Assembly (NCBI GenBank): GCA_963716725.1
Contig: CAVQUB010000012.1
Span: 279,469 to 343,468 of the forward strand
Length of the DNA: 64,000 bases
Source: an uncultured delta proteobacterium
GTDB lineage: Bacteria > Myxococcota_A > Polyangia > Polyangiales > Polyangiaceae
Direction of reading: 5' to 3'
Position numbers and translations under genes: made by a program. The first letter of the stretch is position 1. Each line of letters opens with the position of its first letter. This document shows positions 21,089-30,680 of this stretch, one piece after another. The notes under the pieces were generated by a model. It saw nothing but the letters and a program-made list of their open reading frames with translations, was not told where the DNA came from and did not search any database.

Positions 21089-21874
21089 TCAGGGGCTCTG
21101 GAGCGCGGCCTTCAGGATTGCGAAGTAGCGCGCGCGCATCGGAGCGGGGATGCCGTGCCCCACGCCGGGGAAGGTCTCGAGCCGGGCGTCGAAGCCCCGA
21201 GTCGCGAGCGCGCCCACGCTCATTCGGGTTGGCCCGACCGGGACCAGAGCGTCACTTTCGCCATGCAGCGCCACGATGCGCACGCTGTTCGAGCCGGCGT
21301 CGAGGCTTGGCCAGAGTGGCTGGGGTAACGCACCGCCAATGGGGATCGCGGCGCGTATCCGCTCCGGGTAGCGCGCGGCGACGGCGAAGCTGAGCATGCC
21401 GCCCTGGGAGAACCCAGTGACGACGGGCTTGCCGAGTGTGGCGTAGCGCTTTCCGAGCGCAGTGAGCGTCGTCACGACGCGCTCAGCTGCAGCGGCGATG
21501 CCCGGCGCGCGCAGAGCGTCGTCATCGCTCGCGCGGAATGGGAACCAAGAGAAGCCGTCACCCCAGGGGTCGGGCGCGCGCAAGAGTACGAAGCGAGCTT
21601 TGGCGTCGAATCCCGTGTAGAGTTCACCGAACGACTCGGGACGGTCCCCGAGGCCGTGCATTGCGACGACCATCGGCAGCGCATCGCTGGACTTCGCACC
21701 GCCGGTGAGCCGTTCGATCCATTCTAGCGTCGCGGGCGGTGGTGACTCGACGCGGGCGTTGCTCGCCTCGCGGGCGTCGCTCGGGGCCGACGGCGGCGTG
21801 CCCGGCGCCGCGGGCGTCGAGTTGCACGCGGCCACCAGCCCGACGGCCCAGACCGAGAACCTTCGCGTGGCCAT
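21089..21874 (-). CDS. Phospholipase/carboxylesterase family lipoprotein
   Basis: Lipobox VAAC; HGLGD, GFSQGG, HGESDALV, GHGI. Confidence 0.88.
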   Translation of the reverse strand: MATRRFSVWAVGLVAACNSTPAAPGTPPSAPSDAREASNARVESPPPATLEWIERLTGGAKSSDALPMVVAMHGLGDRPESFGELYTGFDAKARFVLLRAPDPWGDGFSWFPFRASDDDALRAPGIAAAAERVVTTLTALGKRYATLGKPVVTGFSQGGMLSFAVAARYPERIRAAIPIGGALPQPLWPSLDAGSNSVRIVALHGESDALVPVGPTRMSVGALATRGFDARLETFPGVGHGIPAPMRARYFAILKAALQSP

Positions 21875-21930
21875 GCGCCGGAACCTAGCACCGCTGGTCT
21901 TGGGACCTGCCGCGCGGTAGTCTAGCGTCG

Positions 21931-23133
21931 ATGGCACTGAGCCGCTCGTTCACTTGGCTGTCGTTCGCCATCATCTCCGCGACGCTCGCTTGCTCGGCGG
22001 AGTCCGACCAGCCTGGCTACAACGGCGGTGGCGGCGGAGTGGGCGCCACGTCGGGCGGAGGTGGCAGTGGCGGCGCGCCGATGGGCGGCGGTGCAGGCGG
22101 CGTGCCCAGCGGCGGCAGCGGTGGACTGAGCAGCGGCGGCGCGGCGGGCAGTGGTGGCACCGTGGTCGGCGGCGGCGGTTCCGCCAGCGTGAGTTGCTTC
22201 CCGATGCCCGCGTGCGACGCCCCGCTGCCCACCTTCACCAAGCGCCCGTGGAAGCACTCGGTGGCGAGCCCCGTGATCGTGGCCACCGGATTCGCCAATC
22301 ACCGCGGCCGCGATCTCATTCTTCCGCCGGGCATGGATCAGTGGGTGCTCGGAAAAACTGCCTACGGCGTCACGGACAAGGATCTCAAGGACGAAGAGGT
22401 CGACATTTGGCTCAACCGCGGGTGCGGGGCGACCTGGGACAAGCTCGGGACCGTGCTCACGACCAACGACGGCCAGCACCCGACCGTCGAGGGGGCCGAA
22501 GACACCGGCGGCCGCGTCTACTTCAAGATCCCCTCATCGAGCGCCCTCGGCATCGGTCGGCATCGCATCCACATGGTCGTGGCGGGGGATCTCTCCGGGA
22601 CCGACCAGTACATCGAGATCGCGCCGCCGGGCACCACCTACTTCATCACGGACGTGGACGGCACGCTCACCAGCAAAGAGACCGAAGAGTACGGCGCGTT
22701 GCTCACCGGTGCGGTCTCCGACCCCAACCCGGACGCGGGCAAGGCGCTCAGCCTGCTGGCACAGAAGGCGTTTCGCCCCTTCTATCTGACGGCGCGCCCG
22801 GAGTTCTTGGTGGGACGGACCCGGGAGTTCGTCGACGTCAAGGGCTTCCCTCTCGGTCCGGTCCACACCACCTTTGCCTTCGGCGCGACCGGCGGCGCCG
22901 CGGTCGCCTTCAAGAAGGGCGAGATCGACGAGCTCCAGGGGCGCGGATTCAAGGTCGCCTACGCGTTCGGCAATACCGACTCCGACGCGGACTCGTTCTT
23001 CTTGGCGGGCATCAAGCCCGACGACCACCGCATCTTCTTCCAGTACACCGACACCGCGAACGGGGGCCGCCGCATCGAGGCCTACACGGAGCTCTTGGGC
23101 GAGTTTGGTGCCCTGAGCAAGCCCTGCCAGTAG
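21931..23133 (+). CDS. Lipoprotein with Gly-rich linker and LNS2/PITP-type HAD domain
   Basis: Lipobox TLAC; HRGRD; HAD motif DVDGTLT; YLTARP; GFPLGP; AFGNTDSD. Confidence 0.8.
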   Translation: MALSRSFTWLSFAIISATLACSAESDQPGYNGGGGGVGATSGGGGSGGAPMGGGAGGVPSGGSGGLSSGGAAGSGGTVVGGGGSASVSCFPMPACDAPLPTFTKRPWKHSVASPVIVATGFANHRGRDLILPPGMDQWVLGKTAYGVTDKDLKDEEVDIWLNRGCGATWDKLGTVLTTNDGQHPTVEGAEDTGGRVYFKIPSSSALGIGRHRIHMVVAGDLSGTDQYIEIAPPGTTYFITDVDGTLTSKETEEYGALLTGAVSDPNPDAGKALSLLAQKAFRPFYLTARPEFLVGRTREFVDVKGFPLGPVHTTFAFGATGGAAVAFKKGEIDELQGRGFKVAYAFGNTDSDADSFFLAGIKPDDHRIFFQYTDTANGGRRIEAYTELLGEFGALSKPCQ

Positions 23134-23184
23134 CCCCTTGCCTCGCCAAGTCGGGGCACTGGCATTACGTTGGCCGCACCTCTG

Positions 23185-24312
23185 ATGAAGCTGTCTTGGC
23201 GGATCGTCACCGTGCGGGGGATCCCGATCCGCGTCCACGCCACGTTTCTGTTCGTGGTGGTGCTCGGAGCAGTGGAGTGGGGGATGTCGCACGGAACGAA
23301 GGGAGCGCTATTCGGAGCGCTCCTGGTGTGCTTGCTCTTCGCGTGCGTTGCGCTGCACGAGCTCGGACACAGCCTGGTCGCGCAGCGCTTCGGGGTTTCG
23401 GTTCGAGAGATCTTGCTGTTGCCCATTGGCGGGGTCGCCCGCCTGGGCCGGGAGCCAAAGACCGCGCTGCACGAGCTGTTGATCGCGGTGGCCGGACCGC
23501 TGGTGAACGTGGTCTTGGCCGTGCTCTTGGTTCTCGGGGCACTCGTGGTCGCGGGGCCGGTCTGGGTGTCAGAGGGCGGGATGATGAGAGCGCTGATGGC
23601 TCCGCCGGCGCTCGCGACCCTGGTGGCGGTGCTGACCGCGGCCAACATAGCTCTGGCTGTCTTCAACATGATCCCGGCGCTGCCCATGGACGGCGGCCGC
23701 GTGCTGCGCGCCGTCCTGAGCTTCTTTCTCGGCCGCCTCCGCGCGACGAGTATCGCCGCCACCGTGGGACAGCTCTTGTCGGCGACGCTCGCGGCCATCG
23801 GACTCTTGAGCGCGAACATCATCTTGGTCCTGATCGGAGTCTTCGTGTTCATGGGTGCCGCGCAAGAGCGAACGACAGCGAAGATCTTGGCTTCGCTCGC
23901 CGGGCTCAACGCCGCGGATGCAGTGGACCCGCACGCGCACCGCCTCGAGCCCGGTGAGATGCTCGCGGGCGCCATGCAGTACGCGCTGCGCTCGTCTCAG
24001 CCGCACTACGCGGTGGTCTTGGGCGAGCGCTTGGTGGGCACCCTCGGACGCGACGAGATTTTGGAAGCGGTCCGCCGCCAGGGTCCCATGACCTTCGTGG
24101 CGGGCGTGATGAGTCGGGACGTCGACGAGGTCGCGGCGACCGAGCCGCTCGCCGAGGTCCGGACGCGCCTGATTGAGCGCGGTGGCCGGCCCCTGGTGGT
24201 GCGATCGTCCGACGGAATCGTGGGACTGATCGCGCTGGAAGACGTGGCGAGAGCGGCAGGGATGGCCGACTTGCTCCACCACTTCGCTGGACCCCGGGAA
24301 ACCATGCGTTGA
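23185..24312 (+). CDS. Site-2 protease (M50) with CBS domains
   Basis: HELGH, AGPLVN, FNMIPALPMDGG; C-terminal CBS-like pair. Confidence 0.92.
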   Translation: MKLSWRIVTVRGIPIRVHATFLFVVVLGAVEWGMSHGTKGALFGALLVCLLFACVALHELGHSLVAQRFGVSVREILLLPIGGVARLGREPKTALHELLIAVAGPLVNVVLAVLLVLGALVVAGPVWVSEGGMMRALMAPPALATLVAVLTAANIALAVFNMIPALPMDGGRVLRAVLSFFLGRLRATSIAATVGQLLSATLAAIGLLSANIILVLIGVFVFMGAAQERTTAKILASLAGLNAADAVDPHAHRLEPGEMLAGAMQYALRSSQPHYAVVLGERLVGTLGRDEILEAVRRQGPMTFVAGVMSRDVDEVAATEPLAEVRTRLIERGGRPLVVRSSDGIVGLIALEDVARAAGMADLLHHFAGPRETMR

Positions 24313-24368
24313 AACGCCCGAGGCCCTCGTTCTAAGGTCCCGGCCGGCCAGGGAGGGCCGTCCGACTC

Positions 24369-25916
24369 ATGAGCGAGAACTCGGAAGCGAAGCAGAGTGC
24401 GGCGTCAGACACGGCGGCGCTCGACGACGTCAAGCAGTTGGGGCTCGGGGCAGCCATCATCTCGCTGGGCTACGTGTTCTGGGTCGTCGGCGCCATGGAG
24501 ATGGTCGAACGCTTCGCCTACTACGGCGTCAAGGCGGTGGCGACGCTCTACGCCAAGGCGCCCATGAGCAAGGGCGGGCTCGGCGTCACGATGTCGCAGT
24601 TTGGGATCATCCTCGGAACTTGGGCCTGGGTGCAGTCGTTGGTGCCGGTCTTCACCGGCGGCCTCTCCGACCGCTACGGCTACAAGGAGACCATCTTTGC
24701 GTCCACCGTGATCAAGATCTCAGGCTACCTCGTGATGGCCTTCTTCCCGACCTTCGCTGGCTTCTTCGTCGGTGCCATGTTGCTGGCGACGGGTACAGCG
24801 GTGTTCAAGCCCGGTATCCAGGGCACGCTGGTCAAGGCCACCAAGCGCGAGAACAGCTCGATGGCTTGGGGCATCTTCTACCAGACCGTCAACATTGGTG
24901 GGTTCATGGGGCCGCTCCTGGCCGGCTACATGCGCAAGATGGAGTGGCGCTACGTGTTCTTGTCCTGCGCTGCTCTGATCTCGCTGAACTTCCTGCTCTT
25001 GCTGGTCTACAAGGAGCCGGGCAAAGCGGAGCGACTGGAGCGGGCGAAGCTCGCGAAAGAGGGCAAGCTGAAGCAGGAGGCGCTCTGGAAGGAGTCGCTG
25101 CGCGAGCTCGTCAAGAAGCACGTCTGGCTGTATCTGCTGATCTTCTCCGGCTTCTGGTACATGTTCAACGCGCTCTTCGACGTGCTGCCCGCGCACATCG
25201 ACGATTGGGTCGATACGCGTGACATCGTGAAGACCCTGTTCGGAACCGGCGGCACGGACTCCGCGTTCGTGAAGTTTTTCGTGGTGATGAACAAGGAGGG
25301 CACGGAAATCCTCCCCGAGGGCATGCTCAACCTCAACGCGGGCTTGATCATGACGACCTGCTTCTTGTTCGCGTGGCTCAGCGGGCGGATGCGCGCCACC
25401 ACCAGCATGGTGATCGGCACGCTGCTGGCCTGCGTGTCCATGTTTCTGTCGGGTTACTCGACCCTGGGCTGGCTCTCGGTGGGCGCGATCCTGATCTTCA
25501 GCGTCGGCGAGATGCTCTCGAGCCCGAAGTTCAGCGAGTTCATCGGTAACTTCGCGCCCGCGGACAAGAAGGCGATGTACCTCGGGTTTTCGCAGATCCC
25601 GCTGGCCATCGGCTGGGGCATCGAGGGCTTCACGGCCCCGGTCCTGTACGACCACTTCGCCTCGAAGGATCGCTTCGCGCGCGAATTGCTCCTCGAGCGA
25701 GGCATGGGCGCCGCGCAGGTCGAGGCCATCAAGCAAGGCGAGGCCTTCGCCGAGCTGATGAAATTCACCGGCGAATCCCGGGAAGCGCTCACGCATCTCC
25801 TGTACACGTCCCACAACGTCGGCGTGGTGTGGATTTTCATGGGGGCGATAGGTGTCGCCACGGCCATGGGGATCTACGCTTACGGCAAGTGGATCCGAAC
25901 CATCGTCAAGAGCTGA
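24369..25916 (+). CDS. MFS transporter (POT-like)
   Basis: EMVERFAYYG, SDRYGYK, FYQTVNIGG, multiple TMs. Confidence 0.9.
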   Translation: MSENSEAKQSAASDTAALDDVKQLGLGAAIISLGYVFWVVGAMEMVERFAYYGVKAVATLYAKAPMSKGGLGVTMSQFGIILGTWAWVQSLVPVFTGGLSDRYGYKETIFASTVIKISGYLVMAFFPTFAGFFVGAMLLATGTAVFKPGIQGTLVKATKRENSSMAWGIFYQTVNIGGFMGPLLAGYMRKMEWRYVFLSCAALISLNFLLLLVYKEPGKAERLERAKLAKEGKLKQEALWKESLRELVKKHVWLYLLIFSGFWYMFNALFDVLPAHIDDWVDTRDIVKTLFGTGGTDSAFVKFFVVMNKEGTEILPEGMLNLNAGLIMTTCFLFAWLSGRMRATTSMVIGTLLACVSMFLSGYSTLGWLSVGAILIFSVGEMLSSPKFSEFIGNFAPADKKAMYLGFSQIPLAIGWGIEGFTAPVLYDHFASKDRFARELLLERGMGAAQVEAIKQGEAFAELMKFTGESREALTHLLYTSHNVGVVWIFMGAIGVATAMGIYAYGKWIRTIVKS

Positions 25917-26746
25917 AGCCGCGCCTCGGCCGCCGTCGCCTGCTGGCTGGCGCGGGAGCAGTCGCGGGAGCGGTTGCGTTGGATGCGTTTGCGATCGAGC
26001 CCGCGTGGCTGGACGTCACTCGGCACGATCTCGCCATCGAGCGTCTCCCCTTGGCTCTCGATGGCTTCTCGATCGCTCATGTCACCGACGCCCACCTGCG
26101 AAGCATGGGCCGGGTCGAGCTGGGCATTGTCGAGGCGGTGCGACAGTCGCAGATCCAGCTCGTGGTGCTGACCGGAGACATCGTGGATCGTCCCGAGTCA
26201 CTCGCGGTGCTGGCGGAGCTGTGCAGCGGTCTCCGCGCTGCTGGCGCTGCCGTCGTGGCGACCTTGGGCAACTGGGAGCACTGGGGTGGATTCACGGCCC
26301 TGGGCCTGGCGCATGAGTACGCCCGCACGGGGGCGAGCCTGCTGGTCAACGAGTGTGCGGACGTGGGTGGCGTCGTCGTGGCCGCGACCGATGACGGCTA
26401 CGCCGGTGCTCCGCGCTGGGATCAGACGCTGGCGTCTCTCGCCAAGCTCGACACGAAGGGCGCGCCCAGGCTCCTGCTCACCCACAGTCCTGCGATGTTC
26501 GAGCAACTGCCCTTCGAGGCGCCACGCTTCGATTTGTCCCTGGCCGGACACACTCACGGTGGTCAGATCCGCTTCGGACCCGTTGCTCCGCTGGTGCCGC
26601 CCGGCAGCGGACGCTTCGTCAAGGGTTTCTACGACACCCGCGCCGGTCGCGCCTACGTCAGTCGGGGCACGGGAACCAGCCTGGTTCCGGCGCGCTTTCT
26701 CTGTCGGCCGGAGCTGCCCGTGTTCCGGCTCAGAGCACGTCGTTGA
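25889..26746 (+). CDS. Metallophosphoesterase (YkuE-like) with Tat-like signal
   Basis: RRRLL signal; TDAH, TGDIVD, LGNWE, HSP, GHTHGGQ, YVSRG; start uncertain. Confidence 0.85.
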   Translation: MDPNHRQELKPRLGRRRLLAGAGAVAGAVALDAFAIEPAWLDVTRHDLAIERLPLALDGFSIAHVTDAHLRSMGRVELGIVEAVRQSQIQLVVLTGDIVDRPESLAVLAELCSGLRAAGAAVVATLGNWEHWGGFTALGLAHEYARTGASLLVNECADVGGVVVAATDDGYAGAPRWDQTLASLAKLDTKGAPRLLLTHSPAMFEQLPFEAPRFDLSLAGHTHGGQIRFGPVAPLVPPGSGRFVKGFYDTRAGRAYVSRGTGTSLVPARFLCRPELPVFRLRARR

Positions 26747-27443
26747 TCGAGAAGACGTAGGCTGCGCCGACGCCCGCGCTGTAGATCGGATCGCCCCCGG
26801 CCTGCACGCCGGAGAACAACACGCCGTCGCCGCTTCGTCCGACCCAGACGCCGACGGGCAGCTCACGCCGCGCGCTGAACACGAGTTCGAGGTGTCCGTC
26901 GATCCGGCGGGACACGGCGCCCGCGCGCCAGCGCAGTCCTGCGTCGAGCCCGACGCCCACCAGCTCGAGGTGCGCGGATCCGAGCGGTGACGCGGCGGTG
27001 AGGCGCTTCCAGTCCCCGGCGGGACCGATCAGGAGTCGCAGATCGGAGCTCAGGCGCGGCGCGTAGCGCAGGCTGCCTCCGGTGCCGACCGTCAACGAGG
27101 ACCCAACCAGCTCGGGGCCGCCGCCGAAGTACCTCTCTTCGACGTGGGCGAGCGCCAGGCCGCCCACCCCGATCCAGGCGCTCGCGCGCAGCTCGAGGGC
27201 AGCAGCGAAGGCCATGCCGGCCCCGACCTCGAACGACAGCGAGCCGGGGCTCTGATCGTGGTCCGCGCCGAAGTCCTCGGAGCCGCCGATGGCGGCGAGG
27301 TCCAGGTCGGTCACATGCCGATAGCTCGCGCCCGCGGCGATGAGCAGGTCTCCCGTCGAGCTCGGATCGGCTGAGGCCGGGGCGGCGACGAGGCCGAGGG
27401 CGAAGGCGAGGGTCAGCGCAGCGACCGAGATTGGCGAGGTCAT
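26730..27443 (-). CDS. Secreted, probable outer-membrane beta-barrel protein
   Basis: Signal peptide ending ASA; amphipathic strands; GVGAAYVF near the C-terminus. Confidence 0.65.
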   Translation of the reverse strand: MTSPISVAALTLAFALGLVAAPASADPSSTGDLLIAAGASYRHVTDLDLAAIGGSEDFGADHDQSPGSLSFEVGAGMAFAAALELRASAWIGVGGLALAHVEERYFGGGPELVGSSLTVGTGGSLRYAPRLSSDLRLLIGPAGDWKRLTAASPLGSAHLELVGVGLDAGLRWRAGAVSRRIDGHLELVFSARRELPVGVWVGRSGDGVLFSGVQAGGDPIYSAGVGAAYVFSINDVL

Positions 27444-27457
27444 TCGTCGGAGCGCAG

Positions 27458-27473
27458 AGCATGGCTCATGCCA
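27458..27473 (-). promoter_or_regulatory. Putative sigma-54 promoter
   Basis: TGGCATGAGCCATGCT (GG-N10-GC) 15 bp upstream of ATG 27443. Confidence 0.45.
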
Positions 27474-27585
27474 GGCAGCCCGACCGAAAGTTCCGGCCCG
27501 CGTTCGTCGCCCATCGTCCGCGGTTCACGCGACCGGGACACGGAGATCAGGCTCCCGGCGCGAAATCGCGCTAGACACTCGGCCG

Positions 27586-28191
27586 ATGCCCGCTGACCCG
27601 CGCCCCGCCGAACGCTTCTTGCAGAGCCAGTCGCTCGCCAATTGGGCCGAGGTCGCGGCCAACGATCTCACGCTGACCTTGGCGGACCACGCCCATTGCG
27701 AGAAGAAGGCGAGTGCCAGCGCGTTGGCCCTCATCAACGACTATCCCGAGGACGCAGAGCTGGTCTCCGCAATGGCGCGGATCGCCGAGGAGGAGATCGG
27801 GCACTTCCGCGAGGTCCACGAGCTGCTTCTGGAGCGCGGCGCCGAGCTATCGCGGGACCGCGGTGATCCCTACGCCAAGGCCCTGAAGGGCCTGCTTCGC
27901 CAGCCCCAGGAGCAACGCAAACTCGACCGGCTGCTCGTCGGTGCGCTGATCGAGGCCCGATCCTGTGAGCGCTTCCGGTTGCTGAGGACCGAGCTCGAGC
28001 GGCGGGGGGAGGCGCGTCTCGCAGCCATCTTCCGCCGACTCGAGTCGAGTGAAACCGGGCACGCGACGCTGTTCGTGAGCCTCGCCGAGTCCAGATTCGG
28101 AGCGGACACCACCCGCGCACGACTCGACGAGCTGGCGCGGGCTGAAGCCAAGATCGTCGCCGAGTTGCCGATCGTGCCGCGCATCCACTGA
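27586..28191 (+). CDS. miaE: tRNA-(ms2io6A) hydroxylase
   Basis: DHAHCEKKA, EE..HF, DPYA, DRLLVGALIEARSCERF, SE.GH. Confidence 0.93.
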   Translation: MPADPRPAERFLQSQSLANWAEVAANDLTLTLADHAHCEKKASASALALINDYPEDAELVSAMARIAEEEIGHFREVHELLLERGAELSRDRGDPYAKALKGLLRQPQEQRKLDRLLVGALIEARSCERFRLLRTELERRGEARLAAIFRRLESSETGHATLFVSLAESRFGADTTRARLDELARAEAKIVAELPIVPRIH

Positions 28192-28192
28192 G

Positions 28193-28864
28193 CTATTTGC
28201 TCTTGGGCTTCGGCCAGGGGATGTCGCCGCTTGCCAGCGCAACGCCTCGCTCGAGCAGCGAGCGGCGGCTGTCGTAGCAGAGGTCGTACTCGCGATCCGT
28301 CGTGAGCACGCTGCCACCGCCGTCTTCCATCAGGCAGCCGCGGTTCGGGCAATGATCCAAGCCGAAGGTATGCCCAATCTCGTGGACCGCGACTTTCGCA
28401 AAACGAACGCGCGCGTGCTCGGCATTCTTGGCCTGACGTTTACAGCGGAACGACGACAGCACACACGCCGCTCCGTCGATTGTGGCGAGCCCCAAAATCC
28501 CCCAGTCTTCGACCTTTCCCTTGGTCGTGCTGATGTCGACGCTGGTGAGTCCGAGGATTCGATTGCCGTCCTTGGGCAGGCGCGGGGCGAGAAAGGCGAG
28601 CAGCTTCTCTGCCCGGTAGCGCGCGCGCTTGGGGTAGTACGCTGATTTTGGAAGGTCGACGCGTCCCAGGCTCTTGACCTCCACCGCGTAGAACGCGCGC
28701 AGCGCTCGCATCACCAGTTCCAGATCTGCCTGGGGCAATGCCTTCCCGAGCGGCTGCACGTACAAGATGCGCGGCTCGTCCGCCGCCCAGAGCGGCGGTG
28801 CCGCGAGGGAACCTGCCGCCAGGGCGGACAGCGCCAGAAATCGGCGTCGTGGGTGCGGCGTCAT
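28193..28864 (-). CDS. Archaemetzincin (M54) Zn protease with Tat signal
   Basis: RRRFL Tat motif; HEIGHTFGLDHCPNRGCLM. Confidence 0.88.
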   Translation of the reverse strand: MTPHPRRRFLALSALAAGSLAAPPLWAADEPRILYVQPLGKALPQADLELVMRALRAFYAVEVKSLGRVDLPKSAYYPKRARYRAEKLLAFLAPRLPKDGNRILGLTSVDISTTKGKVEDWGILGLATIDGAACVLSSFRCKRQAKNAEHARVRFAKVAVHEIGHTFGLDHCPNRGCLMEDGGGSVLTTDREYDLCYDSRRSLLERGVALASGDIPWPKPKSK

Positions 28865-29817
28865 TTGCTGCTCATGAGCATAGCAAGATCGTCAGCACTG
28901 AGCCGCACCTGCGTCCGCGGCAGCCGCTCGAGGGTGAAGGCCGGCAGCACCGCGCGGGCGGTGGGGCGCTTCGGAACCTCGAGCCCAGCCGAGCGCGCTG
29001 CCCAGCTCACGATGGCGCGTGGGTCGACGCCACGCGCTCGCAGCTCCGCCAAGCTCAGATCGTCCGCCCGCTTCGCGAAGCGTCGCCCGCTCCCGTCGAC
29101 CACGAGTGGAACATGCACGAAGGTGGGGTGATCCAGGCCGAGCGCGTGTTGGAGGTGCCACTGCCGGGCTGCACTCGGGAGGAGATCGTCGCCTCGGAGC
29201 ACCTCCGTCACGCCTTGGTGCGCGTCATCCACCACGACGGCGAGCTGATAGGCGGGCGTCCCGTCCCGGCGTGCGACCATGAAATCGCCCACCTCGGCCT
29301 GCACGTCGAAGCTCGCTGCTTCGGCGAAGCCATCGTTGATGGTGACAGCCCCGGTCGGGACTCGGAAGCGCAGGCTCGCGTCGCGCCCGCTCTCGGCGCG
29401 GGCGGCATCGAGCGATTCGAAGCGACCCAGGCAGGTGCCGGGGTAGCGCAGCTCGACATCGCCCTGCTGCGGCGCGCTGAGCTGCGCTCGCAGATCGCCG
29501 CGAGAGCACACACAGGGATAGAGCGCCCCGCTGTCTGTGAGCCGATCCACGGCCGCTCGGAGCCGCTCCAAACCGGACGACTGCAGGAGCCAAGGGCCGT
29601 CCCAATCGAGGCCGAGCCAGTCGAGATCGCGCAAGGCAGCGTCGATCATCGCCGGCTTCACTCGCGGACCGTCCAAGTCCTCCATGCGCAGCACCATGCC
29701 GCCGCCGCGCGAGCGCGCGCTCCACCACGCGAGAAGAAACGATCGCGCGTGGCCCAGGTGAAGCAAGCCCGTCGGGCTCGGCGCCAGCCGTCCGATGAGG
29801 GGTCGCGTTGCGGTCAT
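28861..29817 (-). CDS. gluQ: Glutamyl-Q tRNA(Asp) synthetase
   Basis: GRLAPSPTGLLHLG, RMEDLD, YPCVCSR, YQLAVVVDD, RGDDLL; no anticodon-binding domain. Confidence 0.92.
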   Translation of the reverse strand: MTATRPLIGRLAPSPTGLLHLGHARSFLLAWWSARSRGGGMVLRMEDLDGPRVKPAMIDAALRDLDWLGLDWDGPWLLQSSGLERLRAAVDRLTDSGALYPCVCSRGDLRAQLSAPQQGDVELRYPGTCLGRFESLDAARAESGRDASLRFRVPTGAVTINDGFAEAASFDVQAEVGDFMVARRDGTPAYQLAVVVDDAHQGVTEVLRGDDLLPSAARQWHLQHALGLDHPTFVHVPLVVDGSGRRFAKRADDLSLAELRARGVDPRAIVSWAARSAGLEVPKRPTARAVLPAFTLERLPRTQVRLSADDLAMLMSSK

Positions 29818-29857
29818 CGAGCTTCGGCAGCCATGCTGCTCGAAGGGCCCTCGCGTG

Positions 29858-30121
29858 TCACATCTTCTCGACGGACTTGAACATCTCGCGCACGAACGAA
29901 GTGCGAGGCCGGATCAGGAGCACTCTGCCGGCAAGGGGACGGACCTGAATGCGCGCTCCGGCGGGAAAACCCACGTCGGAGTTCAAGAGCTCGTCGTCGA
30001 AGATGTAGCGGTTGCCGTCCTCGGTGCGCTCCGCGCTGGTCACGTCGGCGCGTGCCGTACCCGAGACGCTCAGAAACCCCAGCAGAGCCGCCGCACAAAT
30101 CCCGTATCGAATCATCGTCAT
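29858..30121 (-). CDS. CglF/GltF-like small secreted protein
   Basis: GGAGG RBS; signal peptide ending ARA; C-terminal FDD...P.G..I.VR...LIRPRTSFVREMFKSVEKM resembles the myxobacterial CglF family (from recollection). Confidence 0.65.
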   Translation of the reverse strand: MTMIRYGICAAALLGFLSVSGTARADVTSAERTEDGNRYIFDDELLNSDVGFPAGARIQVRPLAGRVLLIRPRTSFVREMFKSVEKM

Positions 30122-30165
30122 GGACCTCCCGAAGGGTTGAACCCGCAGCGGGCGCGCGCCTTGGG

Positions 30166-30675
30166 TCAGTCCTTGTCAGGGTCGCATTTGCAGGCCGCTA
30201 AGCGGAGCTGGCTGTCCTTGACGATGGTCTTCGCGCGCGAGCAGCGCTCGGTGGCGTCTCCCGCGAGCCGGCAGACGGCGGCGGCGGCTCGGCGCAGCGA
30301 GCCCATGGCCTTACAGGCCTCGGGGCAGCGCGTGTCGCCCGCGCTCAGCCGCGTCGCGTCTCCGGCTGCGCCCTTGCTGCCCAGCAGTTGGTTCAGGGTG
30401 GTCGCAGCTTCGTCGAGCGCCTTCTCCGCCTCCGGCAGGGACAAGTCCTCGGCCTTGCGCTTCTGGGGCAAGTCGTCTGATGTCGGCGTGTCGGTGCTTT
30501 CTGAACCCAGGGTAGGCATCGGCGATGGCCGCGACGCCCCCGGCTGCATCGGAGCGCTGACGGGCGTCTGCTGACTCTCGGCGGGAGACTGAGCTGGCGC
30601 AGGCGCCGCTTCTTGCTGCTTGCAGCCAGCCGCCAGCAGCGTCGTGAGCGCAAGCCACGCAAATCCGAGTCGCAT
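30166..30675 (-). CDS. Lipoprotein with 6-Cys C-terminal domain (paralog B)
   Basis: Lipobox AAGC; CPEACKAMGSLRRAAAAVCRLAGDATERC...ACKC. Confidence 0.75.
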   Translation of the reverse strand: MRLGFAWLALTTLLAAGCKQQEAAPAPAQSPAESQQTPVSAPMQPGASRPSPMPTLGSESTDTPTSDDLPQKRKAEDLSLPEAEKALDEAATTLNQLLGSKGAAGDATRLSAGDTRCPEACKAMGSLRRAAAAVCRLAGDATERCSRAKTIVKDSQLRLAACKCDPDKD

Positions 30676-30680
30676 ATCGA

